Of a stretch of DNA of 64,000 nt, positions 1-10,741 are shown piece after piece; within the stretch, counting starts at the first letter, position 1, and each line of letters begins with the position of its first letter. The DNA comes from Bacteroidales bacterium UBA6680 (lineage in GTDB: Bacteria > Bacteroidota > Bacteroidia > Bacteroidales > UBA6680). A program made the position numbers and the translations under genes. The stretch covers positions 1,249 through 65,248 of the forward strand of contig DKJY01000109.1 in the NCBI GenBank assembly GCA_002454955.1, given 5' to 3'. The notes beneath the pieces were generated by a model. That model was not told the DNA's origin and ran no database searches. It was given only the letters and a program-made list of their open reading frames with translations.

Positions 1-2109
1 ATTTATCTCTTTAACAATGTTTATTGCTTTATTTCGCTGATAAGGAATATTTATTGTATCAGAGCTTAATATGCATCCATAAAGATTTTGTGCTTTTACA
101 TGATAGCTACCACTTTTGGATACTGTATAAATTGGTTCTCTGGCATCAATTATTGGCATATTGTTTCTGTACCATTGATGTTTCGTATCTTCATCATCCT
201 CAACAATAAGTCTGTGATAATCTATTTTTATTATTGGTTCAAGAGGTGATTTAAGAATATTAATGCTGTAATCCGTTGATATTGCATATGAATCGTTAAT
301 ATTTAACGAAGGTCTTTTTTCGCCTGAGTTAATGTATCTGAATGATATCTTTTTACTTTTCTCATTACCTTCAAATATCTCTATCTGATCATCAAATATC
401 CAGCTATATTCTGTTCCTTCATTCAGTTCATCAATAATCGCTTCCATTGTAATTGTATCTGTTGGACAATAGCTTGTTCCGGTCATTTTTATTGATGCAC
501 ATGGATTTATAAGAACGGAGTTCTCTAGAGTCACAGATTCTGTATTTCCTATTGTTGCTGATATAGAATATCTGCCAGGTCTGTTGTATACAACTTTTAT
601 AATATTACTATTACCAGTTTCAAACACTTTTGCTCCTTTATCAGTAATCCATCTTATCTGTGTAGTATTCTTTTTTTCATGTTCAGCTAGTTTAACCTTG
701 TATACAATAGTATCAAGTGGACATGCTATTCTGGGGATAATATTTATTCTGGTACTTGATGCCGTATTATATGGATCATATCCTTCAAATGATTCAATAC
801 CACTATTACCTGGATCTAACCAGAACTTAAGTTGATTCTCCGGAGCTTCATAGTAATTCCAAGCGAATGATAGTTTTTGATATAGGTCGTTAAAGTTATA
901 TGAACATGATGCTTCACCACCAGTTAAAGTACCAATTATCTGTCCTTCTTTATTAAGAAGAGGGCTTCCTGACGATCCTCCTTCAGTTGTACCAATATCC
1001 CATTTCCTGATTAACCAGTGCGAGTTTGTAAGAAAGTGTGATCCATAATTTGATGTTTTAGTTGAATCGTAGTCAATACTTATCTTTTTTATATCTGCAC
1101 TTGGATGATGTATACATGAAGAGTATCTGTTTCCATTTTCAGAAGAGCTCCACCCCAGATAATATGGTTGAAACTGTTCTGGAGGTGTCGTAGATAGCTC
1201 TAGTAATGTGAAATCTAATCTGTTGTTTGCTCCTGTGGCAATTAATTTAGATCCTGAAATTGAGTGTTTAGATGAAGCGTTATTGCTTCCACAATATGGG
1301 CTCTCATAATTAAAGAGGAACACAGCATCTTTTGCTACCTCTTCTGTACTAATACAATGATTTGCTGTAAGAAAATATGGCGTCTCATCGTTGTTTGTAT
1401 TATTTATTAGTGCTCCAGTACAGTAATATCCGTCAAAGAATATTCGTGCAACAGACCTTTTTGTATCCTGATATGCGCTTCCTTCATCACAATTTATATT
1501 AACATTACAACTTCCTGAAGCAAAAATACCTTTGTCTTCTTTATCAAATACACCCAGAAAGTCGTAAACTATCTTATCAATAATTAATGTTGGGATATCT
1601 TCTAAAGGGTCTGTGTGAATGTATTGTACAACAATTTTATCACTTTTTACAGGAGCTATAGCTAATCGTTTTGACAATTTATTATTTGCACTTGTAAATG
1701 CTCCTCTGTAATATGTTTTGTCTCTATTATATATAAATAATAGTCCTCCTTTGGGTAGTTCAAAATTAGAGAATATTACCTGAATGCTTTTAGCATCTTT
1801 TGCATATATACCTGTTTCCCATATCTTATAATTGTTTTTACCAGTATACCATTTTCCATCCGTATTGCTATTTATTGTAATATCAATTGATTCACCAAAC
1901 TTACCTCTTTTGTATCTGTATTGTGAGTCTTTGGAGGTAACAGGTTCAAAGACTCTAATGTTTTTAATTCTTGTTTTATTAATTTTTATGAATGAAGATT
2001 TTGTAGCTCTACGTTTATCATAATTATAAGGAAACATATCTTTTGTGATTTGTCCCGGGGCCGATGAGGAGAAAATGATAAAGAATATAACGTAGTAAAT
2101 TTTTTTCAT
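1..2109 (-). CDS. Secreted lysyl-endopeptidase-like (Achromobacter protease I type, S1) serine protease with C-terminal PKD/Ig-like domains; runs off the left edge
   Basis: Not in the ORF track; translated by hand in segments. ATG at 2109 (MKKIYYVIFFIIFSSSAPGQ, signal peptide). Catalytic motifs are all in one frame: LTANHC (1354-1371), RLDFTLL (~1200-1220), WDIGTTEGGSSGSPL (~958-1003). An Ig-like segment HQWYRNNMPI..SGSYHV..YGC lies near the edge, and the frame is open at position 1. Confidence 0.9.
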   Translation of the reverse strand, partial: MKKIYYVIFFIIFSSSAPGQITKDMFPYNYDKRRATKSSFIKINKTRIKNIRVFEPVTSKDSQYRYKRGKFGESIDITINSNTDGKWYTGKNNYKIWETGIYAKDAKSIQVIFSNFELPKGGLLFIYNRDKTYYRGAFTSANNKLSKRLAIAPVKSDKIVVQYIHTDPLEDIPTLIIDKIVYDFLGVFDKEDKGIFASGSCNVNINCDEGSAYQDTKRSVARIFFDGYYCTGALINNTNNDETPYFLTANHCISTEEVAKDAVFLFNYESPYCGSNNASSKHSISGSKLIATGANNRLDFTLLELSTTPPEQFQPYYLGWSSSENGNRYSSCIHHPSADIKKISIDYDSTKTSNYGSHFLTNSHWLIRKWDIGTTEGGSSGSPLLNKEGQIIGTLTGGEASCSYNFNDLYQKLSFAWNYYEAPENQLKFWLDPGNSGIESFEGYDPYNTASSTRINIIPRIACPLDTIVYKVKLAEHEKKNTTQIRWITDKGAKVFETGNSNIIKVVYNRPGRYSISATIGNTESVTLENSVLINPCASIKMTGTSYCPTDTITMEAIIDELNEGTEYSWIFDDQIEIFEGNEKSKKISFRYINSGEKRPSLNINDSYAISTDYSINILKSPLEPIIKIDYHRLIVEDDEDTKHQWYRNNMPIIDAREPIYTVSKSGSYHVKAQNLYGCILSSDTINIPYQRNKAINIVKEIN

Positions 2110-2221
2110 ATTGTTCCCTTTATATTTTGATGAAGAATTAATTTCAGTATTTGTGAGATATTGTTTTTCTAAGCCAACGATTTATGTATTTTTACATTAC
2201 GAAAGAGACACAAAACACTAT

Positions 2222-2803
2222 ATGTACGAATATTTAAAAGGATTAGTTACAGAAATTTCACCAACTTATATTGTGGTAGAAGTGAATGGAATAGGGTATT
2301 TTATCAATATATCTCTATACTCATTCGGGTTAATTGGCAGTAAAACAGAAGTTAAGCTTTTTGTTCATCAGGTTGTACGTGAAGATGCTCATGTTCTTTA
2401 CGGATTTGTTCATAAAAGTGAGCGCGACGTATTTAGGAATCTTATATCTATTTCAGGAGTAGGACCTAATACAGCAAGAGTAATGTTATCTTCTTTATCT
2501 CCTTCAGAGATAACGGATGCTATAGTATCTGAAAATGTTAAAATATTGAAAACAATTAAAGGTATAGGTGAAAAATCAGCAAAAAGAATTGTTGTTGAGT
2601 TAAAAGATAAATTATCAAAAGGTATAGAAAACATAGAAATAAAGAACGTTGAACACAATAGAAATAAAGATGAAGCGTTATCTGCTTTAGTAATGTTGGG
2701 ATTTATGAAAAACAGTGTTGAAAAGGTTCTAAAAAAGATTGTTAACGAATCGGATAATCTTTCCGTAGAAGAGTTAGTTAAAAGAGCATTGAAAGAATTA
2801 TAA
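2222..2803 (+). CDS. ruvA: Holliday junction branch migration protein RuvA
   Basis: MYEYLKG..VVEVNGIGY, VREDAHVLYGF, HhH motifs ISGVGP and IKGIGEKSAKRIVVELKDK, C-terminal EALSALVMLGF. Start moved from 2111 to the ATG at 2222. Confidence 0.97.
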   Translation: MYEYLKGLVTEISPTYIVVEVNGIGYFINISLYSFGLIGSKTEVKLFVHQVVREDAHVLYGFVHKSERDVFRNLISISGVGPNTARVMLSSLSPSEITDAIVSENVKILKTIKGIGEKSAKRIVVELKDKLSKGIENIEIKNVEHNRNKDEALSALVMLGFMKNSVEKVLKKIVNESDNLSVEELVKRALKEL

Positions 2804-2813
2804 TAAAATATTC

Positions 2814-5800
2814 ATGACCATACTAAAAAAATATTTATTACCATCTATATTTCTACTAACCATTGCTTGGTTTATTATCAACCCCGGATATTCAGGAATA
2901 GTTGATGCTGTAGGAAGTTTACTGCCGGAGAATGACTCAATTAAAGATAAATCGTCTTTAGAGAAGTTACCCAGTATTACAGATATTAAAAGTCCTTTAA
3001 TTCCAAAAACAAGCCCTAAGCTGGATCTTGAAATTGTTTTTGATTCAGAAAAGGGTGAATATGTAGTGCGTCAGAAATTAGGAAATAAAGATTTTGGAGT
3101 TCCAAAATATATGAGTGTTGATGAATTTAAATCATATGATTTTGAACAATCGATATATAAGTACTGGAAGGAGAAGTCTGATAATGCCCGAATGGCTGGT
3201 GGCGACAACAGATTAGTTGGCGGAAGATTGAGAATTGGAGGAGGAGCACTAGATAAAGTTCTTGGGGATAACGCAATTGAGATTATACCGCAAGGTAGTG
3301 CGGAGTTGTCGTTAGGAGTTAAGATTAATAAGCAGGATAATCCTGTGTTAATGGAGAATCAGAAAAGCACAGTTAATTTTGATTATGATTCTAAAATTCA
3401 GGCAAATGTAACCGGAAAGGTAGGAGATAAATTTAAAGTAAACTTTGATTACAATACGGAAGCTACATTTGATTTTGAGAATAATGTTAAGATTGAATAC
3501 AAGGGAGATGAGGATGAAATTATTCAGCGTATTGAAGCAGGTAATGTTACATTTCCGTTAAGTGGAACTCTTATAACTGGTAGTCAGAGTCTTTTTGGTA
3601 TTAAAACCGATTTGCAGTTCGGAAAACTTTCTGTATCAGGTGTGTTTTCACAGCAGAGAGGAGAGTCCTCTGTAATTGAGGTTAAAGGAGGTGCACAAAC
3701 TCAGAGTTTTGAGATAAGAGCAGATGAGTATGAAGCAAATAAACACTTTTTCTTAGCTCAATATTTTAGAGAAAACTATAATAAGTTTGTAGCAACACTT
3801 CCGCTAATAAACTCAGGAATAAAGATTACAAGAGTAGAGGTTTGGGTTACCAATAAAACATCAAAGTTTGAGGATTCAAGAAATATTCTTGGACTTATGG
3901 ATCTTGCTGAACGTGGAGCAAACATATCGAATCCATTTATTAATAGTGTAAGTTCCGGGGATAATCCTATGAACTTGCCAGACAATAAACTTAACGATTT
4001 GTATACTGACCTTAAGGCTTTACCCGGTATAAGAGCAATTGAGTCATTAAACTCAACATTAAATGGATTTAAGAATTTTAAGGTTGGTAGGGATTATGAG
4101 AAGATAGAGAGTGCTCGTAAACTTGATTCGAGAGAATACAAAGTTAACTACGATTTAGGATTTGTAACAGTTAATACCTCGCTTAATAATGATGAGGTTC
4201 TTGCAGTTGCTTTTGAGTTTCAGAGTGGAGGAAAGACATATCAGGTTGGTGAATTCTCAAACGATGTGAAGGCTCCAGATGTTCTTATGCTTAAACTTAT
4301 TAAAGGGACAAACATTACGCCAAAGCTTAATACATGGCATCTTATGATGAAGAACGTGTATGCAACAGGAGGGTATCAGCTAAGCAGCGATGGTTTTTTT
4401 CTTGATGTTATGTATGAGGATGATAAAGCAGGTACCTCTATAAACTACATACCAGCAGGAAATCTTAATAAAAAGATGTTACTTCAAGTGCTTGGTTTTG
4501 ACCGTGTGAATAATCAAGGATTTCCAACGCCTGATGCTATCTATGATTATGTTGAGGGAGTAACAGTTCTATCTTCAAACGGAAGAGTTTTCCTACCTAC
4601 ATTAGAGCCATTTGGTCAGGATCTTTATGATAAATTTGATGATCCTAATTTGGCTAAAAAATATGCATTTACAGCTCTTTATGATTCAACAATTACAAAA
4701 GCAAAGGAGCAGACTGCTAAAAATAAATTTAAAATTATTGGATCATTTAAATCATCTGGAGGGTCTGATATACAGCTTAATGCTATGAATATTCCTAAGG
4801 GATCTGTAAAGGTTTCTGCAGGAGGTATAGAGCTTGTTGAGAATATTGACTATACAGTTGATTATACATTAGGAAGGGTGAAAATTGTTAATCCTGCGTA
4901 TTTAGAGTCAGGGACACCTTTAAGAATATCAACAGAGAGTAACTCATTATTTAATGTTCAGACTAAAACCCTTTTAGGAACACATTTGAACTATCAGTTT
5001 AATGATGATTTTAATATTGGAGCAACCATTATGAGTCTTTCTGAACGTCCATTGACGCAGAAGGTAGATTTTGGTAATCAACCAATACATAACATTATAT
5101 GGGGTCTTGACGGATCGTATAAAACAGAATCCAGATTTCTTACAAAACTTGTTGATAAGATACCTCTTATTGAGACAAAAGAGATTTCAAGTATTGCAAT
5201 ATCTGGTGAGTTTGCACAGTTTATGCCGGGACAATCAAAAGCTGTAGGAAACTCAGGGGTTACATATCTTGATGATTTTGAAGGAGCAGAGAGTCCTATG
5301 ACACTTGAGGATAAATATTCGTGGTATCTTGCCAGTGTACCTCAGTTACAGCCAAATCTGTTTAAGGAATCGTCAGAAACTGGACTAGGATCAGGATTTA
5401 ACCGTGCACGTTTAGCCTGGTATAATATAGATCCAATATTTCAGAGAGATGAATCGCTTACGCCATCACATATAAAATCAGATGATGATCAGCAATCAAA
5501 CCATTATGTGAGAGAAGTTTATGAACAGGAGCTTTTCCCAGCAAAGGAGTCACAAAATTATGAGATAAACAGATTAAGCACATTTGATCTAACATATTAT
5601 CCTGATGAAAGAGGGCCTTATAACTATGAAACCGCAAGTACAACTTATTCAGCTGGTATTAATAGTCAGGGAGAACTTGCTAACCCGGCATCAAGATGGG
5701 CTGGTATTATGCGTAAGCTAACTAATAATAACTTTGAACAATCTAATGTAGAGTATATTGAGTTCTGGTTAATGGATCCATTTATATATGACCCGGATCA

Positions 5801-8800
5801 TAAGGGTGGAGATCTGTATATTAATCTTGGTAGCGTATCAGAAGATATATTAAAGGATTCCAGAAAGACATTTGAGAATGGTATGCCTAAGGACGCTCTT
5901 GTTGTTGATGTTGATACAACAGTATGGGGTCGTGTGCCAATAAAGCAGCCTGTTACAAAATATTTTGATAATACATCCGGATCGCGTCAATATCAGGATA
6001 TAGGTTTAGATGGTCTTAATAATACAGATGAGCAATCGTTTTTTTCGAGCTATGTAAGTTACATTACAGCTAATGTAACTAATGCTGCCAGAAGAGATTC
6101 AATTATTTCTGACCCTTCTGGTGATGACTTTCTGTCGAATCGTGGATCGGCGCAGGATCAGGCAAAGATGACAATTCTGAACAGATATAAATACTATAAT
6201 AACCCGCAGGGTAATACTCCTGAAGGACAAGGTACGGCCAATTCGTCAACGCTCAGTCCTGACAAAGAAGATATTAATGATGATAATACTCTTAGTGAGG
6301 TGGAGGCATACTATCAGTATAAAATAAGTCTGCGTCCTGAAGATCTTGTTCAAGGAGGAAGATATATTACAGATATTGCTGAGAATGATAGCCACAAACT
6401 TCCGAATGGAACAGTTGGAAAGGTTAAATGGTACCAGTTCAAAATCCCAGTATCGGAGTTCAGTGGAAAATATGGTCCAATTGATGATTTTACATCGATA
6501 AGATTCATGCGTATGTTCCTAAAGAACTTTAATGATAAGGTTGTGTTACGTTTTGCAACATTTAAGCTTGTGCGTAGTGAGTGGCGTAAAATTGATAAAT
6601 CATTCTCTGTAGGGCATGAGGGATTATCTACACCGGAATCTTCAAATACAAACTTTGTAGTATCAACAGTTAGTATTGAGAAGAATGGTAACCGTAGCCC
6701 AATTCCATATGTATTGCCTCCTGGAATAGAGAGAGAGAAGGATTATACTACAAATCAGACAATACGCCAAAATGAGCAAGCTCTTTCTATTAAGATTGAG
6801 GATTTAAAAGATGGAGATGCAAGAGCTATATATAAACAGACAGCTTTTGATATTAGAAGTTATAATAAATTGAAACTTGAGGTGCATGCTGAAGCGGTAC
6901 GCGATGGTGAGTTAAAAGATAAAGATCTGAACCTGTTTATTCGTTTAGGATCTGATTTTAAAGATAACTACTATGAGTATGAAATACCTCTGCACCTTAC
7001 TCCTTTTGGAAGTAATGTTGCACAGCTTATATGGCCGGAGGATAACAGGCTTAATCTTGATCTTCAGAAGTTTGTTAACCTTAAGTTGTCAAGAAATAAG
7101 GCAATGAAGAAGGATGCTAATGTATCGTATACAACCCGTTATACTCTTAAGGATGGTGAGAATTATTTGAGTATTGCCGGAAATCCAACTATGGCAAATA
7201 TTCAGACAATGGTAATTGGTATTAGAAACCCTGCTCAGAATGTTGCAACTGTGAGTACAGACGATGGTTTATCAAAATCTGCCGAAATATGGGTTAATGA
7301 GTTACGCGTCTCTAATCCTGATGAATCGGGTGGTTGGGCTGCCTCGGGTAGAATGACAACAAAACTTGCAGATTTTGCAACAATATCGCTTGCCGGTAGT
7401 ATTACAATGCCTGGGTTTGGAAGTATAGATAAGAAAGTACATGAACTAAGTAAAGATAAGATATATTCATATGATATTACAACAAACTTCAGACTTGGTA
7501 AATTCTTCCCTGAACAACTTAAGGTTAATATGCCTCTGTTTGTTGGATTTTCTCAAGGATTTATAAACCCTATGTATGATCCGGTGAATACAGATGTTAA
7601 ACTGGATGAATCTTTGAAGAACTATGATACTAAAGCGGAGAAAGATTCGATAAAGTTTGTTGCACAGGATTTTACAGAGCGTAAAAGTTTGAATTTCTCT
7701 AATATTCAGGTTAATAGATCATCTAAGAAACCGCAGTTTTATGATCCGGCTAACTTCTCGTTGAGCTATTCATATAATTCACAGTTTCATAGAGATATAA
7801 ATACTAAATACAACTATAGTAAGACATATAAAGGATCATTTAATTATGTGTATAATATGCGTCCTAAACCAGTTACTCCATTTAAAAGAGTAAATTTCCT
7901 TAAATCAAAGTATACAAGGTTGATATCAGACTTTAATTTCTTCTATCTTCCATCGCAATTGTCGTTCAGAACCGATATTACACGTCAGTATACAGAGGTT
8001 AAGTTTAGAAATATTACACAACCAGATCTGGATATGCCAACATCTGTTAATAAGGATTTCTTATGGAACAGATATTATACTATGAAATTTGATCTTACTC
8101 AATCGCTAAAGCTTGATTATAAAGCTACTGTTCGCTCACGCATTCAGGAGCCCGATACACTATTTGGAGTTGTTAATAAAGATAGATATAGTGCGGAGTA
8201 TGATTACTGGAAAAAAGAAGTATGGTCTAGTATAATGGATGGGGGAGACCCTATACAGTACAATCATACAATTGATGCTAGTTACAGAGTTCCAATAAAT
8301 AAGTTGCCAATGTTAGATTGGACATCGGCAAATATTAACTATTCTGCAAACTATAGTTGGGATTATATGCCATACACTGCAGATACACTTAATGTTGGAA
8401 ATAAAATTCAGAACTCAACGGTTATCCAGGCTAATGGTCAACTGAATTTCCTTAAGTTATATAATAAGGTAAAATATCTTAAAGGTATTAATCAGGAGTT
8501 TGATCGACTTGAGAGAACGAAGAAGAGAAAGAAAAAAATAGATGTTCAATTTATTGCAGATAATCAACGGTTAAGAGCTCGTAGTACAAAGCGCATTAAA
8601 CATAATCTTGGTACAACAAATGTAAAAGTAAAGATTGTTGACGATAGTGGTAACAGAATTGATAGCCTCGACTATAAAGCAATAGATAAAAATACCGTAA
8701 GGGTAAGATCGTTTGTAGCTGTTCCTAAGGCACAAATTATTATTGAGGGAAGGGTTGCAGAGAAAGAGAAGATAGCCAGAGTAATTGCACGTACAGGATT

Positions 8801-10187
8801 ACGATTATTAATGAGTGTGAGAGATTTTAGGATATCATATTCATTAAATCAGGGAACATTTGTTCCAGGATATGATAGAAGCTCAAGTTGGTTTGGAATG
8901 TCAGGTTCTGCTCCGGGAGTACCGTTTATTCTCGGATATCAGGATAATAATTTTGGACAGAAGGCTCTTAATAATGGATGGTTAACAAATAATCCTAGAT
9001 TTAATTCATACTATACAATGAATACAAACAAAACACTTGTGTTGCGTTCAAAGGTTGAATTGATTAAAGGTTTAAAAATTGATCTTACTGCAAATAGAAG
9101 TTATTCAAAGAACTCTCAGCAGTTATTTGGCGGACCTGCAAATGTAGAACAAATGCAGACATATAACGGAAACTTTTCAATGTCGGTTATTACTCTTAGA
9201 ACCGCGTTTGAATTCCCGGATGGCGATAACAACTTTAAATCATCAGCATATGAAGATTTTAAATCTTTCAGAAAGATTATATCTAATAGACAAGCTGATG
9301 CATTCCTGAATTCAGGAAAGAGTGTTGCTAATAATGAGATTGATCCATCAAAGAGTGATAGCGAAGGGTATCGTGAAGGATTTGGCTCTACATCGCAAGA
9401 AGTTATTCTTCCAGCATTCCTTGCTGCTTATACAGGTCAGGATGCAAGTAAGATAGATTTAAAACTTATTAAAGATATTCCTGCACCAAACTGGAAGATA
9501 ACATTTAATACTCTATCAACTTTCTATGGTCTTAAGAAAACTTTTAAGACATTTAATCTAAACCATAGTTACTCCTCGGTGTATAGTATTGGATCGTTCC
9601 TGAATGGATCTAATTATAATATACAAGACGGAGTAATAGTTGTTGATGTTGATAAACTTGATGCACAGAGAAACCTTCCGTCGGAGATGTTGGTTTCTGG
9701 AGGTATATCTATAAGCGAAAAATTTGCACCACTTGTTGGTTTTGATCTTACAACAAATAGCAATATTACTGGTAGATTTGCTTATAACAGATCTCGTAAC
9801 CTTACATTTGGTTTTGAGAATAACCAGCTTGTTGAGGATTATAGCAAGGAGTGGATTATTGGTTTGGGATATAGATTTACTGATTTGTCGTTTATATTTA
9901 AGTCGTCAACAAATAGTAAGTTAATGAATAGTACTCTTAATCTGAGAGCTGATTTTGGTATAAAAGATAATATCAATATTATACGAAAACTATCTGAAGA
10001 TGTTAATGATGTAACAGGTGGACGAAGATCATTCTCATTAAGAGCTACAGCTGATATGGTGATTTCCAGTCAGTTAAACTTTATCTTCTATTTTGAAAGA
10101 AAATCTGATACACCTTATACATCAGCCACTTACAAAAGATCTGATACACAAGTTGGCTTTACGTTAAGATTTAATTTGTCACAATAG
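2814..10187 (+). CDS. sprA: T9SS outer-membrane translocon SprA/Sov
   Basis: 2457 aa with GKVGDKFKVNFDYNTEATFDFEN, YEANKHFFLAQYFR, YLDDFEG, NVEYIEFWLMDPF, SIRFMRMFL, IWVNELR; conserved ruvA-sprA-gcvH synteny. Confidence 0.97.
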   Translation: MTILKKYLLPSIFLLTIAWFIINPGYSGIVDAVGSLLPENDSIKDKSSLEKLPSITDIKSPLIPKTSPKLDLEIVFDSEKGEYVVRQKLGNKDFGVPKYMSVDEFKSYDFEQSIYKYWKEKSDNARMAGGDNRLVGGRLRIGGGALDKVLGDNAIEIIPQGSAELSLGVKINKQDNPVLMENQKSTVNFDYDSKIQANVTGKVGDKFKVNFDYNTEATFDFENNVKIEYKGDEDEIIQRIEAGNVTFPLSGTLITGSQSLFGIKTDLQFGKLSVSGVFSQQRGESSVIEVKGGAQTQSFEIRADEYEANKHFFLAQYFRENYNKFVATLPLINSGIKITRVEVWVTNKTSKFEDSRNILGLMDLAERGANISNPFINSVSSGDNPMNLPDNKLNDLYTDLKALPGIRAIESLNSTLNGFKNFKVGRDYEKIESARKLDSREYKVNYDLGFVTVNTSLNNDEVLAVAFEFQSGGKTYQVGEFSNDVKAPDVLMLKLIKGTNITPKLNTWHLMMKNVYATGGYQLSSDGFFLDVMYEDDKAGTSINYIPAGNLNKKMLLQVLGFDRVNNQGFPTPDAIYDYVEGVTVLSSNGRVFLPTLEPFGQDLYDKFDDPNLAKKYAFTALYDSTITKAKEQTAKNKFKIIGSFKSSGGSDIQLNAMNIPKGSVKVSAGGIELVENIDYTVDYTLGRVKIVNPAYLESGTPLRISTESNSLFNVQTKTLLGTHLNYQFNDDFNIGATIMSLSERPLTQKVDFGNQPIHNIIWGLDGSYKTESRFLTKLVDKIPLIETKEISSIAISGEFAQFMPGQSKAVGNSGVTYLDDFEGAESPMTLEDKYSWYLASVPQLQPNLFKESSETGLGSGFNRARLAWYNIDPIFQRDESLTPSHIKSDDDQQSNHYVREVYEQELFPAKESQNYEINRLSTFDLTYYPDERGPYNYETASTTYSAGINSQGELANPASRWAGIMRKLTNNNFEQSNVEYIEFWLMDPFIYDPDHKGGDLYINLGSVSEDILKDSRKTFENGMPKDALVVDVDTTVWGRVPIKQPVTKYFDNTSGSRQYQDIGLDGLNNTDEQSFFSSYVSYITANVTNAARRDSIISDPSGDDFLSNRGSAQDQAKMTILNRYKYYNNPQGNTPEGQGTANSSTLSPDKEDINDDNTLSEVEAYYQYKISLRPEDLVQGGRYITDIAENDSHKLPNGTVGKVKWYQFKIPVSEFSGKYGPIDDFTSIRFMRMFLKNFNDKVVLRFATFKLVRSEWRKIDKSFSVGHEGLSTPESSNTNFVVSTVSIEKNGNRSPIPYVLPPGIEREKDYTTNQTIRQNEQALSIKIEDLKDGDARAIYKQTAFDIRSYNKLKLEVHAEAVRDGELKDKDLNLFIRLGSDFKDNYYEYEIPLHLTPFGSNVAQLIWPEDNRLNLDLQKFVNLKLSRNKAMKKDANVSYTTRYTLKDGENYLSIAGNPTMANIQTMVIGIRNPAQNVATVSTDDGLSKSAEIWVNELRVSNPDESGGWAASGRMTTKLADFATISLAGSITMPGFGSIDKKVHELSKDKIYSYDITTNFRLGKFFPEQLKVNMPLFVGFSQGFINPMYDPVNTDVKLDESLKNYDTKAEKDSIKFVAQDFTERKSLNFSNIQVNRSSKKPQFYDPANFSLSYSYNSQFHRDINTKYNYSKTYKGSFNYVYNMRPKPVTPFKRVNFLKSKYTRLISDFNFFYLPSQLSFRTDITRQYTEVKFRNITQPDLDMPTSVNKDFLWNRYYTMKFDLTQSLKLDYKATVRSRIQEPDTLFGVVNKDRYSAEYDYWKKEVWSSIMDGGDPIQYNHTIDASYRVPINKLPMLDWTSANINYSANYSWDYMPYTADTLNVGNKIQNSTVIQANGQLNFLKLYNKVKYLKGINQEFDRLERTKKRKKKIDVQFIADNQRLRARSTKRIKHNLGTTNVKVKIVDDSGNRIDSLDYKAIDKNTVRVRSFVAVPKAQIIIEGRVAEKEKIARVIARTGLRLLMSVRDFRISYSLNQGTFVPGYDRSSSWFGMSGSAPGVPFILGYQDNNFGQKALNNGWLTNNPRFNSYYTMNTNKTLVLRSKVELIKGLKIDLTANRSYSKNSQQLFGGPANVEQMQTYNGNFSMSVITLRTAFEFPDGDNNFKSSAYEDFKSFRKIISNRQADAFLNSGKSVANNEIDPSKSDSEGYREGFGSTSQEVILPAFLAAYTGQDASKIDLKLIKDIPAPNWKITFNTLSTFYGLKKTFKTFNLNHSYSSVYSIGSFLNGSNYNIQDGVIVVDVDKLDAQRNLPSEMLVSGGISISEKFAPLVGFDLTTNSNITGRFAYNRSRNLTFGFENNQLVEDYSKEWIIGLGYRFTDLSFIFKSSTNSKLMNSTLNLRADFGIKDNINIIRKLSEDVNDVTGGRRSFSLRATADMVISSQLNFIFYFERKSDTPYTSATYKRSDTQVGFTLRFNLSQ

Positions 10188-10253
10188 TTGATTTAACAAA
10201 AAATAGTTATTTTTGAGGCTTAAAGATAATTAACGTTTTTAAATATAAATGCT

Positions 10254-10634
10254 ATGAACGTTCCACAAGATTTAAAGTACACTAAAGATCACGAATGGAT
10301 TCGTGTTGAAGGTGACGAAGCTGTAATTGGTGTTACAGATTTTGCTCAGGGCGAGTTAGGAGATGTAGTTTTTGTTGAGATAGAAACTGAAGGTGAAACT
10401 CTTGATAAAGAGGAAGTTTTTGGTACTATTGAGGCAGTTAAAACTGTTTCTGATATGTTTATGCCTATTGCCGGTGAGGTAATTGAGGTTAATCCGGTTC
10501 TTGAGGATACTCCGGATATTGTAAATAAAGATCCTTTTGGAGAAGGTTGGATGATCAAGTTAAAGATCACTAATCCTGCTGAGCTTGATGAGCTATTGTC
10601 ACCAGAGCAGTACGCTGAAGTTATTAAAGCATAG
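10254..10634 (+). CDS. gcvH: Glycine cleavage system H protein
   Basis: KYTKDHEW, IGVTDFAQGELGDVVFV, lipoyl-lysine motif EAVKTVSD, NKDPFGEGW. Confidence 0.98.
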   Translation: MNVPQDLKYTKDHEWIRVEGDEAVIGVTDFAQGELGDVVFVEIETEGETLDKEEVFGTIEAVKTVSDMFMPIAGEVIEVNPVLEDTPDIVNKDPFGEGWMIKLKITNPAELDELLSPEQYAEVIKA

Positions 10635-10646
10635 TAAATATATAAT

Positions 10647-10682
10647 AAAAAAACCCCGCACTATATGCTGCGGGGTTTTTTT
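10647..10682 (+). terminator. Intrinsic terminator after gcvH
   Basis: A-tract, CCCCGCA-ctatatgc-TGCGGGG, T-tract. Confidence 0.9.
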
Positions 10683-10741
10683 ATATCTGTATGTTATTTA
10701 TATAGTTCCGTCTGTAAATATGAAGAATAAATTATAAGCCG

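Noticed and set aside
24-2023. Short plus-strand ORFs at 24-209, 584-835 and 1832-2023
   Set aside because: They are antisense shadows of the minus-strand protease gene.
2111-2221. N-terminal extension of RuvA in the ORF track (likewise thiL to 39360 and FecR from 47806)
   Set aside because: Family homology starts at downstream ATGs (2222, 39303, 47833), and the extensions cover intergenic or leader sequence.
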